Below, piece by piece: positions 44,371-57,340 of a stretch of DNA of 64,000 nt. A program made the translations under genes and the position numbers. Source of the stretch: the human T2T-CHM13v2.0 reference genome, Homo sapiens. Where the stretch lies: NCBI RefSeq assembly GCF_009914755.1, contig NC_060940.1. The stretch is one strand, 5' to 3'. The notes under the pieces are model-generated. The model searched no databases and had not been told where the DNA came from. It worked only from the letters and a program-made list of their open reading frames with translations. How positions within the stretch are numbered: the stretch's first letter is position 1; each line of letters starts with the position of its first letter.

Positions 44371-44729
44371 CAAGAGTGGCAGTGGAGTGGCAGATCTAAT
44401 GTCCTTATATCTGTTCTCTGTATGAGCTTTCATGAAATGCCATAGAAACCAAATATCAAAACACCCACAATTTTAAGAGACAAGATAGGTGATGGAAGCC
44501 ACCAAGAAGCAAGGAGCTCTCTAGGGAAGTGGCAAGAAGGGAGAGAGCCATTCAGAAGCCATGCAAGCCTGTTAAGGAGCTAAGTAGTTGGAATGTCTGG
44601 ATGACTCCCTAAATAAACACTGAAACACTTTAAATTTGTACATAAATAAAACTAAACCACAGTAGTCAACATAGGAAAGCCAACTATTGTGTTTTGTTTT
44701 TGCTGTTAAACACCTTGAAGACATCACTT

Positions 44730-45770
44730 CGTTCATGTATTCTACAAATATTGGTTAAGCATCGACTATATGCCAGGCACTCTTTTACGTATTGAGGATA
44801 CAGAAGTGAATACCCCAGGCAAGACCTCTGTCCTTATGGAACTTATGTGATAGAAGGAGATGGTAAACCCATAAACAGATGGATCTGTTAATGATGACAA
44901 CAATGAAGAAAATAAAATTGGGTAACTAGAGAAGGAAATTGACTAAAACAGGAGAAGGGGTCAAGTTTAGCCTGGTCAGGCAACAGGTGACATTTAAACT
45001 GAAGAGGAGACATTTGACCTGACACCAGATGATAATAAGAAGCTAATCTTACAAAGATCTAGGGGATATGGATTCTATGCAGGAGTGACACCCTGAGGTT
45101 GGAAGCAGCCTCAAAGCTTTAAAGAACAGAAGGGAGGTCAATGCAGCTGGAAGATCATGGTGAAGAAGAGTCGGGAAATATGGTTGGAGAGCAGGGCACG
45201 GGCCAGATGATGAAGGGCCTGGCAGGCCAAGGTAAAGAGCTTGGATATTATTTAAATGCAATGGGGACTGAGTGCAGTTGCTCATGCCTCTAGTCCCAGC
45301 ACTTTGGGCGGCCAAGGCAGGAGGATCACTTGAGACCGGGAGTTTAAGACCAGCCTGGGCAACATAGTGAGACCCTGTCCCTTAAAAAAAAAAAAAAAAA
45401 AAAGCAATGTTCTTTACTTAGCCAAGCATGGTGGTGCATGCCTGTGGTCCCAGATACTCAGGAGGCTTAGATGGGAGGATCACTTGAGCCCAGAAGTTCA
45501 AGGCTGCAGCGACCTGTGATTGCACCACTGCATTCCAGCCTGGGTGGCAGAGCAAGACCCTGTCAATCAATCAATCAATCAATTATGTGATGGGAAGTCA
45601 TTGGAAGTTTTTGAGAAGAAACATGGGATCTAATCTACATTACTAATCATTGCTATAAATACTGTATGGGCAATAGACTGATAATAAGGCACAAAGGAGG
45701 AAGCATAAAAACCATGGTAGTTGCCCCAGCAAAAGATAATAGAAGTTTGGACTTGAGTAGCCACAGTGGG
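44730..45770 (-). mobile_element. L2 fragment(s), split by an Alu
   Basis: TTCATGTATTCTACAAATATTGGTTAAGCATCGACTATATGCCAGGCAC...AGGTAAAGAGCTTGGATATTATT..AAATGCAATGGG. Confidence 0.7.
45266..45582 (+). mobile_element. AluJ with (TCAA)n tail
   Basis: Dimer consensus match. Confidence 0.94.
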
Positions 45771-46533
45771 AATTATTTCACTTACTCTTGACAATGACCC
45801 ATACAGTAAGTACCAGCCTGCTCATTTCACAGGTGAAAAAACTGAGGATGGTCATGGATTATATATTAATAACATGATAAGTCACACAACTAGTGAGTAG
45901 CAGAGCCAAGATTCACTCAGGTCTGCAAGAACCAAAGCCCCACACCTCCTCTCTCATACCTCTCTGCCACCAAGTGGAGTCGAGAGCTGTTAGGAGGGTC
46001 AGCAGAGTTCAGAGGCGTGGATTCCCAGGCCCTCAAACCCAAGATCAGCAGCACTCTCCCCGAGGAAGGAAGGAATAATATTTGGCAATAAAAAGGTGGA
46101 TACATGTAATGCATGTCACATAACACAGTGAACCTCAAAGATGCCTCGCTGGGGATCAGCCTTTCTCAAAAAAAGGCATACTCCATGATCCCATTTACAT
46201 TAAATTCTAAAAGAGGCAAAATTAATACATGGTGAAAGAAACCAGAACAGTGATTAACTGGGGGAAGCGGAAGTTTTATACTTTAAGTATGATAATAATC
46301 AGTTTTGTCACATCATCACAAGGAAGCTTTTCTCAGTATCAATGCATAAATAAACTTAAAAAACAAAAAACCAAGATCAGCGATGCAAGCATTGTTATAT
46401 AAGGAAATTCTGAATGCTGAACACTGCCAGACCCATGAACTGGAGAGTCGCCATCTAAGACGTTTGCCAGTTCTAGGTCACCCTTACAAATGTGGAGCAT
46501 TTGCAAACTGTCAGTCTTAAAAACCAGCAAGCA

Positions 46534-47135
46534 GGAGACGACATGTAGAAATGGCACCTCAAAAGGGGAAGGAAAAGAAGGAAGAACAGGTCATCAGCCT
46601 TGGACCTTGGGTGGGTGTAGGAGAGAATGTATTTGGTGTCTGCCAAATTTTTGCATCCTTCACTGACACTTTGGTCCATGTCACTTTTGTCCATGGCTGG
46701 AAGATGCAGCTTCCAGCTGCATCCATTTGCTGCAAAGGGCATGATTTTTGTTCTTTTAGATCTTTCTGTCAAAGAAACGCTCTGCCGTGTTACTGGTGGG
46801 ATGTAGGTGAAGGCAGACCCAGATGAAACCTTACCATAAGCTGCCATGCTGGCCACCCAGGATGTGGCCCAGAGGTGCAAGGAGCTGGGCATCACTGCCC
46901 TACACATCAAACTCTGGGCCACAGGAGGAAACAGGAACAAGTCCCCTAGACCTGGGGCCCAGATGTCCCTCAGAGCCCCTTGCCTGCTCAGGTATGAAGA
47001 TCCGGCAGATTGAAGATGTCACTCCATTTCCCCTCTGACAGCACTCCCAGGAAGGGGGGTCACCGTGGTTGCCCCCCTTTGAGGGCTCCTGAAAATATTT
47101 TCTGTTAATTAATTGCTTTCCTGTAAGAAAATAAA
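46534..47135 (+). pseudogene. RPS14: Processed pseudogene of 40S ribosomal protein S14 (uS11)
   Basis: The ORF at 46551 reads [45 protein letters not shown], matching RPS14 [45 protein letters not shown]. After a 73-bp insert it resumes at 46759 as [50 protein letters not shown], then ...[13 protein letters not shown]. It is intronless, with stops at 46804 (TAG) and 46837 (TAA) and frameshifts. A 5'UTR-like GGAGACGACATGTAGAAATG, a 3'UTR-like AAAATATTTTCTGTTAATTAATTGC and an A-rich tail are present. Possible degenerate TSD: AAAAACCAGCAA / AAAAAGCCAGCCAA. Confidence 0.96.
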
Positions 47136-47417
47136 AAGCCAGCCAATATGCCCTGAGCACTAATTATATGCCAGAGCCTCTTCTAAAAGCTTGACATGTT
47201 GAATTCACCAACAACCCTTGGAAACTGGTTCCAGGATTATTCCCACTTTAGAAATGAGAACGCTACAGCACTGAAGGACTGAGATCCTCTGATTGTTTGC
47301 TTATATCCCCAGTGAGACTGGAAACTCCTTGAGTCTGGTTCCATGTTCTGTGGCTTCATGGATCCTCAGGTGCCGTGATAATGCCAGCCACAGAGTAGGT
47401 ACTCAAGAAGTGGGGCA

Positions 47418-48180
47418 AAAAATCAAAACCACAATGATATATCAACTCACACCAATCATAATGGCTATTACTAAAAAGTCAAAAAACACAGATGCCGGTG
47501 GGGCTGCGGAGAAAAGGGAACGCTAAACCTCTGTTGATGAACATGTAAATTTGTTCAGCCCCTTTGGAAAGCAGCTTGGAGAGTTCTCAAGGAACTTAAC
47601 ACAGAACAACCATTCAGCCCAGCAACCCCATTACTGGGTATATACCCAAAGGAAAATAAATCATTCCACCAAACAGACACATGCACTCACATGGTCATCA
47701 AAGCACTATTCACAATAGGAAAGACAATACACAATAGCAAGGAAATCAACCTAGGGGCCCATCCATGATGGGCTGGATAAAGAAAATGTGCACCATGGGA
47801 TACTATGCAGCCATAAAAAAGAGAAAAATCGTGCCTTTTGCAGCAATATGGATGTAGGTGTAGGCAATTATCCTAAGCGAATTAACACAAAAACAGAAAA
47901 CCAAATACCAAATGTTTTGACTTATAAGTGGGAGCTAAATATTGAGTACTCATGGTTATAAACATGAGAACAATAGCCACTGCAGACCACTGGAGCAGGG
48001 AGAGCAGGTGGGGAACAAGGATTGAAAAACTAACTATTGGATACAGTGCTTACTACCTGGGTTATGGATTCAATCACACACCAAACCTCAGCATCACACA
48101 ATACACCAGGTTAAAAACAAACAAACAAAACCTGCATATATACCCACTGAATCTAAAACAAAAGTTGAAAAAAGCATAAA
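47418..48180 (+). mobile_element. L1PA/PB 3' portion
   Basis: AATCAAAACCACAATGA...CCCATTACTGGGTATATACCCAAAGGAAAATAAATCATT...CTTATAAGTGGGAGCTAAATATTGAG. Confidence 0.92.
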
Positions 48181-48234
48181 AATGTGCAGCAAAAGAATGG
48201 ATGCTGTGTTCTTAGTTCTCCCTCCTGCTCTCCC

Positions 48235-48265
<31 letters not shown>

Positions 48266-49067
48266 CTCACCCCCACCACTTCAGTCTTATTGGCCAAGTG
48301 CCTTATATCACTACCCAATTTAATTCTAACAACAACCCTACAAAGTCCTTCTCTTTCTGCCTATTTTGTACATGAGAAACTGGGACTCTCAGAGGTTTCA
48401 AGTTTTACAATTAATGTTTTGACTCAGGGATTTTTAACAACGATCTTACATGTTCAGCCCAAGGATGGGACTCCTCCTGAGAACCCTAGGTCTGGGGAAA
48501 ACTTGCAAATGGAAACGAATAAATCCTGAGGTTGTCTCTAAAGGTGTAACTACAGGGCTCCATAAATGATATTAACAGCTGTGTCTCTACGGCTCTACTA
48601 AAGTCAAAAGTGATGCTGTTGATTAAAAATAAATAAATTAAAATAAATAAAGAAGAATGACTGCTCAACCATCGGCTGAAACCATGTTGTCCTGTGCCAA
48701 GTGTCAGCTTCAGGATAGGTTTTGATGTGGGAAGAGTTAAGCCTTGAGTTATTATCAGAATTAGGGTGCTTTATTGGTTCACATCGTCCAATCTTCCCCA
48801 GCCATTATGGTTTTGCTGAAACATTAAACTACTTTAAACTTTCATTTTCCTCTTAAAACTAAATTAGTTTGGAGGAAATTGTATTTTCCGAGCTCCAGCA
48901 CCAGCCTCAGGCAGAGGGAGTTACAGTACAGCGCCCAGATAAACAACAATCACGGCCTAATTACTAAGTGGTAAGTGCAGTGTTTCTCAACTTACATTTG
49001 CTTTGGAGTTTCTGGGGTCGTGCAGGGAGGCAGCTCTCAAGCAGATTTCCTCAAGAAGCTTTGGGTA

Positions 49068-49728
49068 TTTTTTCTTTTTTACTTTTTAATTTAGTTTCAG
49101 GGTGTCCATGTGCAAGTTCGTTATCTGGGTATATTGTATGATGCTGAGGTTTGGGGTATGGCTGAATTTGTCACCCAGGTAATGAGCATAGATAGGACCC
49201 AACCTAGTTTGTCAACATTTACCCCCTCCATCCCTCCCCACTCTGGTAGTCCCCAGTGTCTGTCATTCTCATCTTTATGTCCATGTGCACCCAATGTTCA
49301 GTTTCCACTTATAAGTGAGAGCATGTGGTATTTGATTTTCTGTTTCTGCATTGATTTGTTTGGGATAATGACCTCCGGCTGCATCCATGTTGCTGCAAAA
49401 GGCATGATTTCGTTTTTTCATGGCTGCATGGTATTCCATGGTGTATGTGCACCACGTTTTCTTTATCCAGCCCACCACTGATGGACCTCTAGGTTGATTC
49501 CACATCTTTGCTGTTGTGAATAACGCTGTGATGAACATACGAGAATATGTGTCTTTTTGGCAAGAATATACGTTGTCTTTTTGGCAAGATGATTTGTGAT
49601 CCTGTGGGTATATACCCAGTAACAGGATTCTTGAATCCAATGGTAGCTCTGTTTTTAGTTCTTTGAGAAATCTCCAAACTGCCTTCCACAGCAGCCGAAC
49701 TAATTTACATGCCCACCAGCAGTGTATA
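49068..49728 (-). mobile_element. L1PA/PB 3' portion
   Basis: ORF 49275..49640(-) gives the L1 ORF2 C-terminus-like ILLLGIYP...MFITALFTTAKMWNQPRGPSVVGWIKKTWCTYTMEYHAAMKK. Confidence 0.92.
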
Positions 49729-49994
49729 ATTTGAGTTATTTATACGGTGGTCTTCTACATCTGTAGCTACAGAAAGGGTAAGGACAAAGAAATTTACAAA
49801 GCACCTAATACTCTTCTGCACTACTAGGTACTAAAGTATGTTATTTCATCCTTACTAGTAGTAATAGGAGATGCCCATTTTATAGAGAAGGACTCTTGAG
49901 GCTGGGTCTAACAGATGAAGGCTGATCTACTGAGATCCTGCTGCATGCTAGAAAATACGCTGGGCTCTTCTTTTACTATAACACACATCCATTC

Positions 49995-50560
49995 CTCTGT
50001 CTGCCCCGCATGTCGATTCTTTGGGGAAATGCTCTTTCTTTCATATCAACCATACATACTATCCCCAAGAAGTCATGTGATTGAATCTGAGCCCATCTTG
50101 GGACCTTAGTCATGTGATTAAAACTGAGCCAATTATAGGACGTCCAACAGTCATGTGATTAAAACTCAGCCAATCACAGGACCTCACCACCCTGGCCACA
50201 GTGATTGGTCTAAGAGGCAGGAACATGATAGGAGCCAACCCAATCATTCCTCTTCCTCAGAATTTTTCCACCTGGAGCTGGAAGTAGGATTCTGCCCTCT
50301 CTGGTGAAAAACCTGGGAAAAGTCTAATTTTTACCTTTTGGTGGCCATGGGGGCTAATGAAAGCCATTCTCAGAAAGACAAAATAAATGTTTGGCAGGAA
50401 TATAGAAGAAAGCTGAGAGGTGGGAGGAGAAAGAACCTCTCTGTTTCTTGCTGTATTTCCTTGCTGTCCATAGCTGAGTTACTATGCCCATAACACACCT
50501 ACCACCTTTTGCCCTAGCTGAATCCAGTCAGGGTGGCCATTTGCAAGCAAGAGTACCGAT
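49995..50560 (+). mobile_element. Old ERVL LTR (LTR16-like) with internal triplication
   Basis: GGCCACAGTGATTGGTC..., CCAATCA motifs and 3' GGGTGGCCATTTGCAAGCAAGAGT. Confidence 0.55.
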
Positions 50561-50656
50561 GAGAATCTCATCACCGTATCTAATTTATTGGGCACATACT
50601 GTATGGCAGGCACTAATCTAAGTGTTTCTCTTGTCTTGACTCATTAAATCCAGATA

Positions 50657-50952
50657 ATTTTTTTTTTTTTTGAGACAGTCTTGCTCTGTCACGGAGGCTG
50701 GAGTGCAGTGGCGCCCAATCTCAGCTCACCGCAACCTCTGCCTCCTGGGTTCAAGTGATCCTCCTGCCTCAGCCTCCCCAGTAGCTGGGATTACAGGCAT
50801 GCGCCACCACGCCTGGCTAGTTTTTGTATTTTTAGTAGAGACAGGGTTTCACCGTGTTGGCCAGATTGTCTTAATCTCCTGACCTTGTGATCCGCCCGCC
50901 TCAGCCTCCCAAAGTTCTGGGATTACAGGCGTTTAAGCCACCGCTCCCGGCC
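50657..50952 (-). mobile_element. AluS
   Basis: Dimer; TSD AAATCCA. Confidence 0.95.
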
Positions 50953-52142
50953 AAATCCACACAATTGTATGAGGTAAGCACCAGTGATACTTCCCTTTTA
51001 CGTTTAAGAAAAGTGAGGCATGGAGATATTAAAACGATTTGCACAGGGTCACAAACCCAGAGTTTCTTCAACTAAAAAATGTGGAATATATAGGTCTTTT
51101 CAAAATCATTGCCTACTTACAAACATTGTGAGTTTCTTTGCAGGAAATATTGACAAAGTCTATACTGATCCGGTGCCTCCAGCAGCTTTACTCAAGGGTT
51201 CACCCTCCTCCAGCCTCTCACCCCAGGAGGGCCATAAAACCATTCTCAGAAATAGATTCCTCTCTGCTATGGGCTAAGGACCGAATATCCCATTTCACAG
51301 ATGGGAAAAAGAAGTATTAGAGTTTAAGTAAGAGTCTCAATGTGGTGGAGCTAGGATTCTCACCCAACTTCAGAGCTAACACTTTAAATATCTTCCCTCT
51401 ATTCCTTCAAGATGAACTCATCTTGTTAGATTTGCTCAGATGCTGCACCAGTTCACAGCCCCGAGGTGATCTCTTTTTATTTCTGCAAATGAAAATATCT
51501 TTATTGTGTTTTCTTTTTCTGCTGAATCTGAAGATGACACAGGCTGCCTGACATTATTCTCATCAGCAGTGCCCCAGCCCACAGATGGTGAGGGCTGAAA
51601 CTTCCTGTTAGACAACTGTTTCGAACTTTCAGGGCTGATTGCCTCTGGCAGAAGCAGCCCCAAACCAACCAGAGTGTTTGATGCTGCAAGAGTGTGTCAA
51701 GACTGCCTAGCCATTTGCTAGTCCCTTTTAATTTTGAGAGTGAATGGGAGAGGCTGGCTGTGCAGAACAGAGGGGAAGGCAGAAAGACAAGGAGAGAGAA
51801 GGACAAGGTGAGAAGAAATGGTGATTTTGCAAAGCAGCAGTGAAGAGTAAAACTGATACCATTATTGCTCATTCCCTCCCTGGGATCCTGATAAGACAGG
51901 ACATTTGCGGTTGCTCGTGAAAATGAGGGTTTGGCCAGGGTGACCTTGTACATAAGCATGCTTCATTCGCTGAAGAACCCAAAGCTCTTCCTGATCCAGG
52001 CACTGCAGTAGGCGTGGTCTGAGAAGAGTCCCTCGTGTCCCCATCAAAACCTTGTCTCACGAGTGGACTCTGAAAACTATTTATGCATGTCTGCAAGTGG
52101 CATCTTTGGAGTGGAAGGAGGTAGCAACATTATCAATTAACA

Positions 52143-52455
52143 GGACGGGTGCAGTGGCTCACACCTGTAATTCCAGCACTATGGGAGGCCGAGGCAGGCA
52201 GATACTTGAGGTCAGGAGTTTGAGACCAGTCTGGCCAACATGATGAAACCGCATCTTTACTAAGAATACAAAAATTAGCTGAGTGTGGCGGCGGGCACCT
52301 GTAATCCCATCACTCTAGAGGTTGAGACAGGAGAATCACTTGAGCCCAGAGGGCAGAGTTTGCAGTGAGCTGAGATGATGCAACTGCACTCCAGCCTGGA
52401 CAACAAAGACAGACTCCATCTAATATATATATATGTGTATGTATATATATATACA
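52143..52455 (+). mobile_element. AluS with (TA)n tail
   Basis: Dimer consensus match. Confidence 0.94.
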
Positions 52456-52657
52456 CATGTGGTCCTAGCATGACTGGAATGTCAAAATCGAGTCTCTTGC
52501 AGCAAATATTAACAGTCTATACTGCTCCAGTGCCCCTAGCAGCTTTACTCGAGGGCTAACCCTCCTCCAGCCTCCCACCCTATGAGTTCCATAAAACCAT
52601 TCTCAGAAATAGATTCCTCTGTGCTCTGGGGTATGAGGGATATTTTTGGACAAGGAC

Positions 52658-53152
52658 TGTATTTGCTTTCTGTTGATGCTATAACAAATTACTACAAACT
52701 TCGAGGCTTCTGAACTCAAATCTATGATCTTACAATTGTAGAATCTGAAACTGATCTCACTGGGCTGAAATCAAAATATTGGCAGGGTTGCATTAATTCT
52801 GGAGGCTCTAGGGAAGAATTCATTTCCATGTCTTTTCTGCTTCTAGAGGCCACCTACATTCCTTGGCTCAGGACCCCTTCCTCTCAAGAAAAGACTAAAT
52901 CCTTCTCATGCTCTTGTCTCCTGGCTCCCTTTCTTTTCTCTCTTTCTCCCCCTCTTATAAGAACCTCTGTGATTACAACAGACTCACCTCAATAATCCAG
53001 GATAATCTTTCCATCTCAGTGTCAGCTGATTAGCAACCTTAATTCCATCTGCAACTTTAATCCCCCTTTGCCATGTAACCCAATATGTTCACAGATTCCA
53101 GGAACTAAGATATGGATATCTTTGGGGATGGGAGGGGTCATTATTCTGCCTA
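52658..53152 (-). mobile_element. MaLR LTR (MLT1D/E-like)
   Basis: GCTATAACAAATTACTACAAAC...CTCACTGGGCTGAAATCAA...ATAATCCAGGATAATCTT...CATTATTCTGCCTA. Confidence 0.82.
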
Positions 53153-54239
53153 GGATAATTATTCTGCTACCATGGAGGTTTTAGCAAAATTCTTAATAGC
53201 ACAATCAAAGCCCCTGCCCTGCTTGCAGGAACAGCAAGAAGATTCAAGCAGAGATGTAGAAATTAATCTGGCAATGTCCTTGCCTCTCTTCAGCGCATTA
53301 TCCCTTCCTTTTTCATTATCTAGAGAAATATTCATACATATACACTCATACATAGGTATTTGCTGAAGTGCCATTGCTACAACAGAACTACAGAAAACCA
53401 GTTAGCAATAATGATATAGATTTATTACTGCAAATATGGAAGAATCTCCAAAACAGCACTCCCTTTATAAAACAACAATAACACATACTTTTTATGCACA
53501 CACAAACACCACACCCTCCTCTGTCCAAGTATTGATACACGCTTGCTTACATTGTGAGTGTCCTCTAAGGCTACTGTGTCGCCGTAGGGTCAACACAGGT
53601 CATGGTTAGACCACCAAGATGTTGATTCAAAGGAAGCACGACGGTCACGCCAGGGGCCATCATGCCACGCTGTGACTGTGGAGCGTCAATATGTCCTCAA
53701 CATGCAGGCACTGCTGGACAGCCAAAGCTGGCAGGATGCCCTGAATAGGTTGGTGAAGACTCGTGCTATACCCCCAGGGTGTCTGCCTTCTAGGTCATTC
53801 ATTGGCTCTCAGGCTGTTGCTGGAAGGAATAGATTGGCCAAGCTAATGGGTTCAGCTCTTGGAGGAGCATGGATGAGATGCCAGTGCAGACGTCATTGCA
53901 CTCTGAAGACCAGTGCATCTTGAGGCTGTGGGTGGGCTCTTCATGAGCGTTCAAACGTCCTCTCAGTCAGCTTAAGCTCTGGCACGGAAACTGTCAAAGT
54001 CTCCAAACTGAAGGCATTAATTTTCTTTCTTTTCTTGGGTTGAATGTCACAGTTAAAGTCACTAAGAAAGCCTCCTTTCTTTTTGTTTCTATTCTTTGCA
54101 TCTCTCTTTGCACTCTCCCTGTATCTCTCCCTGACTTCCCTCCCTCCCTCCCTCTCTCTTCCTTTCTCTCCTCCTCAGTCCCAGGTCTCGAGCTCATGTT
54201 CCAGGCTCTGCCACACAATATCCTATAACAAAAACTCCA

Positions 54240-54417
54240 GCTAGGTTCAGTGATTCACACTTGTCATCCCAACACCTTGGCAGGCCGAGGCGGGTGGATC
54301 ACTTGAACTCAGGAGTTTGAGACCAGCCTGGGCAACATGATGAAACCCCATCCCTACAAAAAATAAAAATAAAATTAGCTGGGTGTGGTGGCATGCAGCT
54401 GCAGTCCCAGCTACTCA
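54240..54417 (+). mobile_element. Alu, 3'-truncated
   Basis: Left arm plus the start of the right arm, ending at CCAGCTACTCA. Confidence 0.9.
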
Positions 54418-55120
54418 CTTAACCCTCTTCAGCTCTATTGCTGATGATTTCTTATGTGCAAGATGGAAATAACGATCCTGTTTCTTTGGGCTGTTATAAG
54501 GATGGCATGAAATATGGTATGCAGGTGCCCACAGCACGCACACTGGTCATGTACTGTACAATGGAACACGTATCCACTCTTCCCTTCCTTCTAGGTCAAG
54601 GCACATGGCTTGGCAAATACTAGGTGCTCAATAAATGGTTGAAAGAGTATATAGCACTTTGGTAGGGGCAGGGGATAGGTGGACAATACCAGCCTCCCTG
54701 CTTCTGGCCAATGGGAAAGCTCAGTGGAGGCCTGTGAACTGAGATTTTGAAAAGTCCCTCTTCTCTTTCCTGCTTGGTGGTTGATGGGCCTTCCCAGTTC
54801 ATTTTACAATTTTAAGACTCCCAGAGCAGATGGCTGGAAAGGTCCCTATGAGCCAGGGAGGTTTTAGCAAAAAGGTCCCTATGAGCCAGGACTCCCTTTA
54901 ATGAAAGAACCCATATCAAATTACCACCAGCAGTAAAAGATAATGTTGGAAGACATAACTGGCTTGTCCAAGGGGCAGCTGCCTTCAAGCATGGCTAAAT
55001 CCAAGAGTCAGCGACTGTTGTCCAAGCTCATTCTCTCTTAATTTTAGTTCTGTTTTCCCCTGAGTTCATTTCAAGGTGGCTGTCTTCATGAGGTGGGTCC
55101 TAGATTGGCAAGAATTAAGA

Positions 55121-55341
55121 CAAGGATTGGCAATAGGTCAAATGCGGCCAACTGCTCATTTTTGTAAATAAAGTTTTATTGGAATACAGTCACACCCATT
55201 CATTGAAGTATCTATGTAGTCTATGGATACTTTTGCACTAGAGGCGGCAGCACTGAGTAGCTGCAACAGAGACTGAATGGCCCAAAAAGCCTAAAATATT
55301 TACCATCTGGCCCTTTACAGAAAAAAATTTGCCAATCCCTG
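55121..55341. mobile_element. MER58A (hAT-Charlie)
   Basis: TIRs CAAGGATTGGCAA / TTGCCAATCCCTG. Internal GTAAATAAAGTTTTATTGGAA and AAAGCCTAAAATATTTACCATCTGGCCCTTTACAG. Confidence 0.88.
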
Positions 55342-56280
55342 ATCTAAGTGAAAGATCCCTACTTTTCCATGGGTGGGTGTAAACTCTCAAAGGACATGTT
55401 TGGGACATGATTCTCTCCCTGAATCACTCTCTGGGGCCAGGGATGTAAAAATCTCTGACTGGCCAGGCTTCATCCTGGAACCATCTTTGTGGCTGGGAGC
55501 TGGAACTGGGCAGGACACCTTGATGGAAGGCCCCACCGAGGCCGCAGGGAATAGAAGAGCAGCACTTTCCCCGGGGAAAAGCAAAGCACTGTCACCACAG
55601 AAAAAGAGAGAACAATTGCTAGAAAAATAGGGGAAGCCCGTTACAAATGAATGAATGAATCGACATAGCTTGGAGTAACAGGCGCAAATGACAGACTCAC
55701 TGATTTTCAAAGGCATCCCGTCCCGGAAAGTTCACTTCAAGTTTTGAGTCAACCAGCAGATGCTGATTTTCTGGAAGAAGGACTCACCCGGATTCCTAAG
55801 ATCAAGAATTCCAGCACTTTTTCATTCTCGCCACTGATGATTCAGCAGAGGAAAGAGAAAACAAAATAAAAAAAGTATTGATCCTTCAGTTCGAGATATT
55901 GCCAAGGGCGGAGGCTGAATTGTTCATACCTCTTAAGCCATAGCTATAATCTGAAGCTGGAAATGACCCTTCTGACACTGCCAAGATCCTCCCTTGGCTC
56001 TGGTTAAAGGGTTAGAGATGCTGCCTCTTTCCGCAGTAGAGCTATGAAGATAACCCAAGTCCAAACAATTTAGACCAGGAATGCAAATACCTGGCAGGTG
56101 TCACTCCTCCCTCCATGAGTGTGGAAGGCATAGCTAATCACTCATGGATATTTTTCAACACAGCAGACATGCACTCATTACTAGTTGATATTTATCTCTT
56201 TTGGTTAGCCAGACCCCAGAGTCCTCATCTGGCCACAAAGAAGACCTTGCACTACCTTCTTCATTCTAAATACCTACCCC

Positions 56281-56551
56281 TTTGGGAGGATCACTTGAGC
56301 TCATGAGTTCCAGACCAGCCTGGACGATGTAGTGAAAGCCTGTCTCTACAGAAAAAAAAAAAAGTGTTTTGAATTACCCAGGAGTGATAGGGCACACATC
56401 TAGTCCCAGCTACTCAGGAGGATGAGGTGTAAGGATTGCTTGAGCCCGGAGGTGGAGGGTGCAGTGAGCTGAGATGGCTCCACTGCACTCCGGCACGGGC
56501 AACAGAGTGAGGCCCTGTCTCAAAAAAACAAAACAAAACAAAGCAAAAAAA
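56281..56551 (+). mobile_element. AluJ, 5'-truncated
   Basis: Alu consensus match. Confidence 0.92.
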
Positions 56552-56619
56552 CCTACCCAATACCTATTTCCTCCATCAATTCCCAGACACAACAGTCCTT
56601 GTTTCAGAAATATTAAATG

Positions 56620-57340
<721 letters not shown>

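Noticed and set aside
46551-46826. Functional RPS14 gene or retained-intron isoform
   Set aside because: Intronless with stops and frameshifts. The insert ends in ...TTTTAG but is L1-like and lacks a credible donor.
49275-49640. ORF resembling an L1 ORF2 C-terminus
   Set aside because: Fragment of a truncated, decayed L1. The internal 16-bp duplication (TGTCTTTTTGGCAAGA at 49550 and 49574) is ordinary slippage.
52431-52460. Quasi-palindromic TA/TG run
   Set aside because: Alu-tail microsatellite; self-complementarity is intrinsic to (TA)n.
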